This document shows positions 9,224-17,214 of a stretch of 64,000 bases of DNA, one piece after another (the stretch's first letter is position 1; every line of letters starts with the position of its first letter). This stretch comes from Deltaproteobacteria bacterium (GTDB lineage: Bacteria > SAR324 > NAC60-12). A program made the position numbers and the translations under genes. The stretch is taken from NCBI GenBank assembly GCA_038133845.1, contig JAYPUA010000004.1:16971-80970 (forward strand), read 5' to 3'. Under the pieces are notes generated by a model. The model was given only the letters and a program-made list of their open reading frames with translations. It ran no database searches and was not told where the DNA came from.

Positions 9224-9877
9224 TCAGCTTGAGGAGGAATGAGGCGAAGGGTTTGGTGAGTCTGGAAGCCGGAAGCGTCCCTGTTCCAGCAAGGCGACGG
9301 TGGTCTGGTAGACGAGCTTGGCCAGGTGGTCAAACTCCAGATTCACCACCCCTCCCACGTCACGTTCTCCCATCAGGGTGCGCTCCAGCGTCTCCGGGAT
9401 CAGGCTCACGGAGAAGCCATCCGGGAAGACGTCCACCACGGTCAGGCTGATTCCGTCTAGCGCGATCCAGCCTTTGGGAACCAGGAACCGGGTCCAGGAC
9501 GGGTCGTGCTGGATGAAGACGTCCTGGTTGTTGGGGGAGCGGCGGATCTCCCGGATTGTCCCGGTCGTGTCGACGTGCCCGTTGACCTGATGTCCACCAA
9601 TCTCGTCGCCAAAGCGTGCGGCCCGTTCGATGTTGACCCGCTCGCCCGGCTGCAGGGCGCCGAGGTTGGTGCGCTGCAGGGACTCCTGGATCACGTCGAA
9701 CTCGGCCCAGCCATCCTGGATTTCAACCGCTGTCAGACAAGTCCCGTTGATCGCCACACTGGCGCCACGCTGTAGCCCTTCGGCCAGGTCCTCCAGCTGC
9801 ACCCGCAGGCGCCGCCCTCCTTGGCGCTCAAGCACCTGCGAGACTGCTCGGGTGCCCATGACAATTCCAGTAAACAT
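9224..9877 (-). CDS. ribE: Riboflavin synthase alpha chain.
   Basis: N-terminal MFTGIV, then INGTCLTAV and GHQVNGHVDTTGTI, showing the two lumazine-binding repeats. Confidence 0.8.
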   Translation of the reverse strand: MFTGIVMGTRAVSQVLERQGGRRLRVQLEDLAEGLQRGASVAINGTCLTAVEIQDGWAEFDVIQESLQRTNLGALQPGERVNIERAARFGDEIGGHQVNGHVDTTGTIREIRRSPNNQDVFIQHDPSWTRFLVPKGWIALDGISLTVVDVFPDGFSVSLIPETLERTLMGERDVGGVVNLEFDHLAKLVYQTTVALLEQGRFRLPDSPNPSPHSSSS

Positions 9878-9880
9878 GCT

Positions 9881-10249
9881 TCAGGAAGAAAGAGATTGTT
9901 TGAACGCATCCCGGAGGTACGCCACCGCGCTCTCCCGGATGCTGGGGAGCACCAGGGCGATGCCGCAGGCGTCCGTGATCAATCCGGGAACCAGAAGCAA
10001 CACTCCGCTGACCCAGATCAAGGTTGCATCCAGCAACTCTTCGGTGGGGAGTCGCTGGTTGCGGTGCTCCTGGAGGATGAGCATGATGATGGAGAAGTCC
10101 TCCTCACGCATCAGCCACAACCCGGCGGCCCCCGTCACCACGCAGAGGATCAGGATGGAGATCAGTCCGGATCCCGTGCTGGCCAGAGAGAGGATCAGGA
10201 TCTCCAGCAGCGGCACAAAAAACAGCAAGACCGTCAGCAGCCAGGCCAT
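9881..10249 (-). CDS. fxsA: FxsA family inner membrane protein.
   Basis: The 122-aa membrane protein carries the FxsA signature LLLVPGLITD. Confidence 0.7.
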   Translation of the reverse strand: MAWLLTVLLFFVPLLEILILSLASTGSGLISILILCVVTGAAGLWLMREEDFSIIMLILQEHRNQRLPTEELLDATLIWVSGVLLLVPGLITDACGIALVLPSIRESAVAYLRDAFKQSLSS

Positions 10250-10323
10250 GTTCTCCTTCTGCAGAGCGAATCCACGGACCTCAAGCTCACCGGAGGAAAC
10301 TCACCGTCACACCCGGGGTCCGC

Positions 10324-11064
10324 TCACGGCGTGGGGGGAACCACAGGATTCCCGGCCTGGATCCAGTGGGTGATGCCCTGCTTGACGTTGTAGACCTTCT
10401 GGTAGCCGGCCTGTTCGGTGATCAGCTGGGCGATCAGCGAGGTCCGGTTGCCAGTGCGACAAATCAGGATCACCTCTTCGCCTGGCTGAACGTACTCGGT
10501 GAACTTGCCGGGGAAGTCTCGGTTGAAGTTCCCTTGAGCGTCAAAGGCCGTGATCAGCTCGCTTCCAGAGACAACCCCGGTCTGCTTCCACTCTTCCACA
10601 CGCCGGATGTCCACAATCTTGACCTTGCGCTCCAAGAGCCTCTGCAGCTCCGCGTTGTCGATGTTCCGATAGCCGGGAGGGAGGACCTGGAGCAGCTCGA
10701 TCTCGAACTTCAGAGTTGCATTTGGAGGGATCACTCCACCCGCACCACGAGGACCATACGCCAGCTCCGGAGGAATGATCAGTGTACGCGTTCCGCCTTC
10801 CTTCATGCCGAGCACCCCCTGCTCCCAGCCAGGAATCACCTGTCCGTTGCCGATGGTGAACTGAAAGGGCTGGTTGCGCTCTCGGCTGGAGTCAAAGGAC
10901 GTACCGTCCTCGAGCCATCCGGTGTAGTGCACGGAGACCCGAGAGTGCTGTTCTGCCACGGCCCCGGTCCCCGAGGTTTCATCGCGGATTTCCAGCCCTG
11001 CCGCGCTCAGCCCCGACACAGACAGGAGCAGCGCTGCCAAAGAGAGAAAGGCTCCAAGCTTCAT
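10324..11064 (-). CDS. Secreted FKBP-type peptidyl-prolyl isomerase fused to a C-terminal rhodanese domain.
   Basis: Signal peptide. FKBP core [16 protein letters not shown]...[13 protein letters not shown], then a rhodanese active site ICRTGNRTS (CRxGxR). Confidence 0.75.
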   Translation of the reverse strand: MKLGAFLSLAALLLSVSGLSAAGLEIRDETSGTGAVAEQHSRVSVHYTGWLEDGTSFDSSRERNQPFQFTIGNGQVIPGWEQGVLGMKEGGTRTLIIPPELAYGPRGAGGVIPPNATLKFEIELLQVLPPGYRNIDNAELQRLLERKVKIVDIRRVEEWKQTGVVSGSELITAFDAQGNFNRDFPGKFTEYVQPGEEVILICRTGNRTSLIAQLITEQAGYQKVYNVKQGITHWIQAGNPVVPPTP

Positions 11065-11273
11065 GCGGCCTCGGTGCTGGCGCTGAACCCGGCCTGCTGG
11101 ACTGCCTGGATCAAGGACTCCGGAGAGGCTTCGCCCTCAACTCGGGCGGACTTTTCGTCCAGGTTCACCTCAGCCTCCTGTACACCCGGCACAGCTTTGA
11201 GCGCGTCCGTAACGGCGCTGACGCAGCCTTGGCACTTCATGCCGTCGATCTGAAGAGCGGTTGTTGTACTCAT
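11061..11273 (-). CDS. Heavy-metal-associated (HMA) domain copper chaperone, CopZ-like.
   Basis: GMKCQGC metal-binding motif (GMxCxxC). The start was placed at the internal MSTTTALQ rather than the longer ORF. Confidence 0.75.
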   Translation of the reverse strand: MSTTTALQIDGMKCQGCVSAVTDALKAVPGVQEAEVNLDEKSARVEGEASPESLIQAVQQAGFSASTEAA

Positions 11274-11428
11274 GAAAACTCCGGAAGCAAGAGAGGGAGT
11301 TCGAGACAAGAAGGGCTTCCCCAAAAGCACGGGCCTTCGGGGAAGCGGCATGGCAAAAGAACCAGTCTAGCCTCCCCTCCGAGGGGGCTCAAGCGTTCTT
11401 CGCTTGCAACCGGCCGAGCTTCGGTGAG

Positions 11429-14400
11429 CTACTCCAACTCCCCCTGGATCTGAACAACCGCCTCCTCCAGCGCATTCAGCGTCTCGGGGTTGGCGTCTTC
11501 CCAGAGTTGGCGCTCGTGGGCCTCCAGCAACCGCTGTGCAGCGTCTCGGAGAGCGAGGGGGTTGTGCTCCCGGAAGAAGTGCTGTTGCTCCGGGTCGAGC
11601 AGCAGCTTCTGGGCGACCTCCTCGTACTGGTAATCCGCAACAATGTCGCAGGTCGCATCGTATCCGAACAGGTAGTCCACCGTGGCCGCCATCTCGAAGG
11701 CGCCCTTGTAGCCGTGTTCACGCATCCCGGAGATCCACCTGGGGTTGAGGACGCGGCTGCGAAAAACCCGGTTGAACTCTTCCTTGAGTGTGCGGATCTT
11801 CACCCGATCCGGATTGGCTGAGTCTCCGTGGTAGGTCACCGGAGCCTGTCCCCGCAACTCAGAGACCGCCGCGTGCAGGCCTCCTTGAAACTGGAAGTAG
11901 TCGTCAGAGTCGAGCAGGTCGTGCTCCCGGTTGTCCTGATTCTGGTGCACGATCTCCACAGAGGAGAGCCGGTCTCGGAGCAGGGCGATCTCTTCGCTGC
12001 TGGAACCGTCTGCGCGGTAGGCGTGCCCGCCCCATTTGAGGAAGACCTCCGTCAGGTCTCCCCGCGACTCCCAGGTTCCGGCATCAATGAGCGGAAGCAG
12101 GCCGGTCCCATAGCATCCGGGTCCAGAGCTGAAGACTCGCAGCTCCGCGAGCTGTTCGGCGACCTCTGCGGCGTGACCGGATTGCTTGAGCTGCTGCTGG
12201 TCGCGAAGCCAGGCGGCACGGATCGGGTTCTGGTCTTCCGGCTCATCCAGGGCGGCCAGGCGCTTGGGGATGGTGGCAAGCAGGCGCATCGCCTCTCCAA
12301 AAGCGTCCCGGAACATCCCGGAGACCCGGAGCACCACATCGACCCTCGGGCGTCCAAGCTGTGAGAGCGGGACGATTTCAAAATCGACCACTCTCCCGGA
12401 AACCGGCTCCCAGACCGGCTCACACCCCCAAAGCCAGAGCGCCTGAGCGAGATCATCTCCTCCGGTGCGCATGTTGGATGTTCCCCAGATCACGAGGGCC
12501 AAGGTCCGGGGCCACTCCCCGTGGTCGCTCCGGTAGCGCTCCAGCAGCTCCTCTGCGAGCCGCTGCCCGCACCTCCACGCAGTCTGGGTGGGAATCACCC
12601 GCGGATCAACGGAGTAGAAATTCCGCCCGGTCGGCAGCACATCAACCCGGCCTCGTGTGGGCGCCCCGGAGGGTCCGGGAGCGAGAAACTTTCCGGAGAG
12701 GCCATCCAGCAGCCGCTGCGGTTCCAGGGCGCAGCGTTCCAGACGCGGCAAGAGGGTCTCGTGCAGCCAGCACCGCAGGGTGTGCAGGGCCTCCTTCCGG
12801 GCGACCGGGACATCGACAACGTCTTCAGGCAGCGCCTCCGGAGCCTCCGAGGCCACCCCGCACTCGTACGCCACCCAGCCTCGTGCCTGCTGCTCCACCT
12901 GCTCCCGCTCAGTGATCGAGAGGGTCTCCAGGTCGAAGCTCGAAGGCTGGCCGAGCAGCGCCTGCAGCAGCCCGGGACGCTCCACCGAAGACATCCGGAG
13001 CAGGCTCAGCAGAAAGTCTACTCGACGTGACTCTTGGGGGACCTCTCCAAAGATGTGCAATCCGGAGCGGATCTGGCTCTCCTTCAGCTCGCACAGGTAG
13101 TTGCTGAGCGCATTGAGCCAGTCGTCCTCCTCCGGAAGCTCTTCTCTCCACGGAGCCTCTTCGAGCAGGTGCTCGATCTGATGCTCAAGTTCATGAGCAC
13201 GTTCCGGATAGAGCGTTTCGCAGTGGGCGTGTTCTTCCAGCAACCGCTCGACACGATCCAGCTCATCGTACAACCCAGCCCGGGTGAGCGGCGGCGTGAG
13301 GTGATCGACGATCACTGCAGAGGTCCGACGCTTGGCCTGCGTGCCCTCTCCGGGATCGTTGACAATGAACGGGTACAGGTGCGGCACAGGCCCCAGCACA
13401 GCCTGCGGAAAATCCTCCGGCCCCAGCGCAACGCTTCGTCCGGGCAGCCACTCGAGGTTGCCGTGCTTTCCAAAGTGGATGAGGGCGTGAGCCTGAAAGT
13501 GTGTCCGGATCCAGTGGTAGAACGCGAGGTAGCGCGGGGGAGGGGAGAGTTCCGGGTCGTGGTAGATCGCCTGGGTCTGCAGGCCAAACCCGCGCTGAGG
13601 CTGAATCCCGATGAAGACGTTTCCAAAGCAAATCCCGGAGACCGGAATCGGTGCTTCGGCCAGATCAGAGAGGTCCCACTGCTCCTGCAGGCGCTCACGC
13701 ATGGCCTGAGGGAGTCGGGAGGTGAACTCTCTCAGCTCTGCCGCAGGAACCCACTGGGCGAGCGGTTTGCCGTAGCTCTGCTCTTCGTCATTCGTGATTC
13801 CAGCCTGCAGTTCACGGATTAGCTGATCACCATCTTCCGGAAGCACCCCGACCTCGTAGCCTGCCGCCTTCAGGTGCTGCAGAAACTTCACGACGCTTGC
13901 CGGAGTATCCAGCCCCACCCCGTTTCCCAAGCGGCTGTCATGGTTGGGGTAGTTGGCCATGATGAGAGCAATCCGCTTCTCCGAGTTGGCCAGCTTCCGC
14001 AGCTGCACCCAGTTTCGGGCCAACTCTGCCACGTGAGCGACCTGATCCGGATCCGGGACGACCGCCTTTGCCTGGAACTCCAGCTCCGGGTGAGTCTCCT
14101 GAGCCTCCTTGAACCCCACGACCGTGGTCAGCACGCGACCATCGGTTTCCGGAAGCGCAACCGACATGGCCACGTTGGAAGGGCTCAGGCCCCGCGGATT
14201 CTTCATCCAGGCCTCCCGGTTCTCTGTCGAGGCGATCACCTGCAGGACCGGGCAGCCCAAGGTTTCCAGAAAGGAGACCCGCTCATCCAAGCGACCGATG
14301 GAAAAGCTTTGAAGCGTAAGCACCACATCCGGAGGCTCCAGTTCTGCCCGACGCAACAGCTCCTCCTGCGCTGCAGGCTCGCGCAGAGAGTAGGCATAGA

Positions 14401-14785
14401 ACGCGGAGACCTCGAGCCCGTACGTGGTCAGGGCCTCGGCAAGCGCATCCACCACGGCAAGATCGCCTGTCTGATGCCAGGCTCGATAGAAGGTGATCCA
14501 GACGCGTTGAGGCGGTGAGAGCGTGGGAGGAAAGAGGTCCATGTGTTGAAGTGCTTTTGTGACCATTGTTGTTCTGAGCGTTTTCAGCGCCGCGCCTTGG
14601 CGTGAAGCCATCGAGGTGGGCGGCACTTTCGAGGTGTCGCACAAGGTTTGAATTGTACGGATGTCCGGGGCACCCTGCAACAGGGACGTCGCAAACAACC
14701 TTTCGCATGAATCCGCAGCGTCATGTAGGGCGTTGCGGTCTTTTTGCCTTGCCGGTCGAGTGGTTCTCTCGTATGTTCCGAACAA
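11429..14785 (-). CDS. CobN / Mg-chelatase large-subunit family protein. The N-terminal domain appears absent or degenerate.
   Basis: CobN motifs are present (VWITFYRAWHQTGDLAVVDALAEAL, FGKHGNLEWLPG). The first ~85 codons of the ORF look non-proteinaceous. The recognisable homology begins near MDLFPP, which corresponds to about residue 170-200 of canonical CobN. Confidence 0.65.
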   Translation of the reverse strand: MFGTYERTTRPARQKDRNALHDAADSCERLFATSLLQGAPDIRTIQTLCDTSKVPPTSMASRQGAALKTLRTTMVTKALQHMDLFPPTLSPPQRVWITFYRAWHQTGDLAVVDALAEALTTYGLEVSAFYAYSLREPAAQEELLRRAELEPPDVVLTLQSFSIGRLDERVSFLETLGCPVLQVIASTENREAWMKNPRGLSPSNVAMSVALPETDGRVLTTVVGFKEAQETHPELEFQAKAVVPDPDQVAHVAELARNWVQLRKLANSEKRIALIMANYPNHDSRLGNGVGLDTPASVVKFLQHLKAAGYEVGVLPEDGDQLIRELQAGITNDEEQSYGKPLAQWVPAAELREFTSRLPQAMRERLQEQWDLSDLAEAPIPVSGICFGNVFIGIQPQRGFGLQTQAIYHDPELSPPPRYLAFYHWIRTHFQAHALIHFGKHGNLEWLPGRSVALGPEDFPQAVLGPVPHLYPFIVNDPGEGTQAKRRTSAVIVDHLTPPLTRAGLYDELDRVERLLEEHAHCETLYPERAHELEHQIEHLLEEAPWREELPEEDDWLNALSNYLCELKESQIRSGLHIFGEVPQESRRVDFLLSLLRMSSVERPGLLQALLGQPSSFDLETLSITEREQVEQQARGWVAYECGVASEAPEALPEDVVDVPVARKEALHTLRCWLHETLLPRLERCALEPQRLLDGLSGKFLAPGPSGAPTRGRVDVLPTGRNFYSVDPRVIPTQTAWRCGQRLAEELLERYRSDHGEWPRTLALVIWGTSNMRTGGDDLAQALWLWGCEPVWEPVSGRVVDFEIVPLSQLGRPRVDVVLRVSGMFRDAFGEAMRLLATIPKRLAALDEPEDQNPIRAAWLRDQQQLKQSGHAAEVAEQLAELRVFSSGPGCYGTGLLPLIDAGTWESRGDLTEVFLKWGGHAYRADGSSSEEIALLRDRLSSVEIVHQNQDNREHDLLDSDDYFQFQGGLHAAVSELRGQAPVTYHGDSANPDRVKIRTLKEEFNRVFRSRVLNPRWISGMREHGYKGAFEMAATVDYLFGYDATCDIVADYQYEEVAQKLLLDPEQQHFFREHNPLALRDAAQRLLEAHERQLWEDANPETLNALEEAVVQIQGELE

Positions 14786-14950
14786 GCTGGGGCTCTGGAA
14801 TCACCCTGAACCCTGGCGCGTTTCCTGAGTCCCCAAAGAGCCCCCCCAATGCCATGGGGCAGCTGCCGATCGCAGAGTGCGAGAGTACCCCTTGGCAGGC
14901 TCCAAATTCAAGCACGGGAACAGGAGAAACTCCATTGTGAAAAAAGCTTC

Positions 14951-15526
14951 ATGGCATCGAAGAAGTTCGCGTCAGTATATCAGGTAAAGGCTACTCTAGA
15001 CTACATTCGGCCTCCAATTTGGAGGCGGTTTCAGGTGCCCAGCCACATCACTCTGTATGATCTGCACAGAGTTCTGCAAGTTGTGATGGGGTGGGAGGAT
15101 GCACACTTGCATCAATTCATAATTCAAGGGCAATTTTTTGGACTTCCTGAAGATGACATACTTGACGAGGAGATTATTGATGAACGCAAAGTGACGCTCA
15201 ATCAGATCCTGGTTCAGGAGAAGATGAAATTCAAATATGAGTACGACTTTGGGGACAGCTGGTCCCACACAATCCTGGTTGAAAAAATCCTGGAACCAGA
15301 GAAGGGTGTCCTCTACCCTGTGTGTCTGAAAGGAAAACGCAACTGTCCACCGGAAGACTGCGGTGGTGCTCCTGGATACGACTACTTGCTTGAGGTCTTG
15401 AAGAGGCCCGAAAGCAAGGAGTACAAGCAGTACAAGGAGTGGCTCGGCGAGCCTTTTGACTCGGAAGAGTTTGACCTCCAGGAGATCAACAAAGCTCTCA
15501 AAAAAATCCGCAAAAAAATCTCATAA
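14951..15526 (+). CDS. Plasmid pRiA4b ORF-3-like family protein (PF07929-like).
   Basis: IRPPIWRRFQVPSHITLYDLHRVLQVVMGWEDAHLHQF matches the family core. Local GC drops to about 48%. Confidence 0.6.
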   Translation: MASKKFASVYQVKATLDYIRPPIWRRFQVPSHITLYDLHRVLQVVMGWEDAHLHQFIIQGQFFGLPEDDILDEEIIDERKVTLNQILVQEKMKFKYEYDFGDSWSHTILVEKILEPEKGVLYPVCLKGKRNCPPEDCGGAPGYDYLLEVLKRPESKEYKQYKEWLGEPFDSEEFDLQEINKALKKIRKKIS

Positions 15527-15549
15527 TGCTCACATGGCCTCGAGCTCAA

Positions 15550-15774
15550 ATGAGTTTAATCCTCAAGAAAAAAATGATCTTGTTCAGCATTTTTGGGCTC
15601 CTGCTTGGTGGAGCGTTGGGGGCAATCGAGACGGTGTTTTATCAGTACGTCAATGACGAAGGGGTGCTGGTGGAGAGCTTCTTTATGCCGCTCAGCATCC
15701 TGAGCCTGTTTTTGGGCGGTGCAGGCTTGGTCGTTGCTGCAACCAGGTCCATGGCTGAAGCCATTCGCAGTTGA
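15550..15774 (+). CDS. Small two-TM membrane protein, hypothetical.
   Basis: Hydrophobic segments ILFSIFGLLLGGALGAI and LSILSLFLGGAGLVVAA. It lies inside the low-GC islet. Confidence 0.35.
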   Translation: MSLILKKKMILFSIFGLLLGGALGAIETVFYQYVNDEGVLVESFFMPLSILSLFLGGAGLVVAATRSMAEAIRS

Positions 15775-15780
15775 TGGCGG

Positions 15781-16179
15781 ATGCCGAAGCGAGCGATGAG
15801 CAGGATTCTGATACAGCTGTTGTTGGCTTCAGCACTCCTGTGTCCCTGGCCCACTCAGGCCGCACCACCGCAGGTGGGTGACCGAGTTGAAGGAGGCGTG
15901 TTCCTTTACAGGGAAGCCGTCGAGAGGTACTGGAACGACTGGGTCGGCTTTCCGCTGATGACGGACACGGCTTCGGCAACTCGTCAGGCTCGGTTGACGA
16001 TCGTGGGGGAGGGAAAAACAGCCCTGTTTATCGGAAATCTGAGCATCAACTGTGAGAGCGGGAAGTCTTTTTGGGAGAGCGCCGGAAGTCATTCGGAGTT
16101 CCTCTCAAGCGAAGAGGACGCCCGGAAGCTCGTCCCGGCTCCGGCTCTCCGCAATGCGGCACGGCTGTTCTGTGAGTGA
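15781..16179 (+). CDS. Secreted hypothetical protein.
   Basis: Signal peptide MSRILIQLLLASALLCPWPTQA. No recognisable domain. Confidence 0.4.
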   Translation: MPKRAMSRILIQLLLASALLCPWPTQAAPPQVGDRVEGGVFLYREAVERYWNDWVGFPLMTDTASATRQARLTIVGEGKTALFIGNLSINCESGKSFWESAGSHSEFLSSEEDARKLVPAPALRNAARLFCE

Positions 16180-16226
16180 GCGCAAAACCGGGAGCTCGGA
16201 AGCTCCCCGGCCAAGCACTCCAAGAC

Positions 16227-16354
16227 CGGGCAACGTGATTTTGCTCAACGGAGCCTCCAGTTCGGGCAAGTCAACACTGGCCCAAGATCTTCAAGCGAGG
16301 CTGGACGAGCCGTTCTGGCACTTTTCAATCGACCATCTGATCGCCCCAATATGA
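16227..16354 (+). pseudogene. N-terminal remnant of a chloramphenicol-phosphotransferase-like (CPT / zeta-toxin-like) P-loop kinase.
   Basis: VILLNGASSSGKSTLAQDLQARLDEPFWHFSIDHLI parallels the CPT N-terminus MIILNGGSSAGKS...LPEPWLAFGVDSLI, then stops after about 42 codons. The rest of the kinase is absent. Confidence 0.45.
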
Positions 16355-16445
16355 TTTGCGATTTCTTCGAGAACGGTATCTGTCAAGGCCGTTAAAACTC
16401 AAAGAAATCATCGTGCAAAAATTGGACTGCCCTCTCGAGTGGTCT

Positions 16446-17087
16446 TCAGGGCACAGGAATCGCTGAGATGAAGTCTTGGTAGTATGGCTGGTGGAACTCC
16501 CCCAGCAGGCGGGTCAACTCCGTCAGTGGGTCCGGATGGTCATCGACACGCAGGTTGCACCAAGGGAACGGTTGTTCCCGGATGGTCAGCAGCGCGGCAG
16601 ACTGTCGCCCCCTGCGGTCGCCTCCCGCCTCCTCTCCGGAGCGCAGGGCCCGAAGCAAACGCACCTCCAAGGCCATCCCGGAAGAGGCCTTCAAAGAGTT
16701 GACACAGGCGTCGACCACCTCGGGACCTGCCAGCAGATTTCCTGCAACGCTGTAATCCTCTCCTCCTTGATGTCCGGCCCAACCCTGGGCCTTAGCCCCG
16801 GTCCAAGCCCAGGACCTTCCGGAGGCATCCACGCCATGCACCTGCCGTGCGGGGGCTTCTGCATCCTGTGCCAACTCTTCCTCCAGCGCGGTCCTGATGT
16901 CTGCTCCGGAAGCCACTCGCTCCAGCCCCTGCAGCCCCAAGTGAGGATTCGTGGAGGCCTGGGTGGCAATGGCTCCCACTCTGGAGCGCAGGTGGGGGAC
17001 CAGCGCTCCTACGGCAAAGTGTCTCGTTGCGACCGCAACGCCAAAGTGATTCCGCTCCGGGTCTCGGAGGACAATGGAATAGGTCAT
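16446..17087 (-). CDS. DUF1028 family protein (Ntn-hydrolase-like).
   Basis: MTYSIVLRDPERNHFGVAVATRHFAVGALVPH matches the DUF1028 N-terminus; the Thr after Met is a possible Ntn nucleophile. The ORF-track start at 17144 is TTG; the ATG is at 17087. Confidence 0.65.
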   Translation of the reverse strand: MTYSIVLRDPERNHFGVAVATRHFAVGALVPHLRSRVGAIATQASTNPHLGLQGLERVASGADIRTALEEELAQDAEAPARQVHGVDASGRSWAWTGAKAQGWAGHQGGEDYSVAGNLLAGPEVVDACVNSLKASSGMALEVRLLRALRSGEEAGGDRRGRQSAALLTIREQPFPWCNLRVDDHPDPLTELTRLLGEFHQPYYQDFISAIPVP

Positions 17088-17113
17088 CAGGCTGCCTCGT
17101 TCAGGTTTTCTTA

Positions 17114-17162
17114 AATTTATCATGATAAATTGTTGACACCGCAAAATTTATCATGATAAATT
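17114..17162. promoter_or_regulatory. Two copies of a perfect 18-bp palindrome AATTTATCATGATAAATT (17114-17131 and 17145-17162) bracketing a -35-like TTGACA (17133-17138).
   Basis: The repeats are read directly from the sequence. Spacing: -35 TTGACA, 17 bp, then ATAAAT at 17156-17161. They lie in the divergent promoter between the DUF1028 gene and the SBP gene. Confidence 0.5.
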
Positions 17163-17214
17163 CACGATGTTGCCGCAAGAGGGCACTCTATCCCCACTCT
17201 CTTTGGAGATGAAT

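Noticed and set aside
12361-13822. Several 100-260-aa ORFs inside the cobN-like gene on both strands.
   Set aside because: They overlap the CobN frame, which has conserved motifs along its full length. They are composition-driven artefacts.
14530-14950. Possible cobalamin riboswitch in the long leader / dubious N-terminus of the cobN-like gene.
   Set aside because: I scanned the reverse-strand sequence for the B12-box (GCCACTG-type) and the conserved GGTG..AA..TCC / GCTGCCCCCGCAAC elements and did not find them. This cannot be ruled out without a covariance-model search (Rfam RF00174).
16227-16445. An intact chloramphenicol-phosphotransferase-like kinase gene.
   Set aside because: The frame stops after about 42 codons. 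The other frames downstream do not continue CPT-like sequence. Only a remnant is present.
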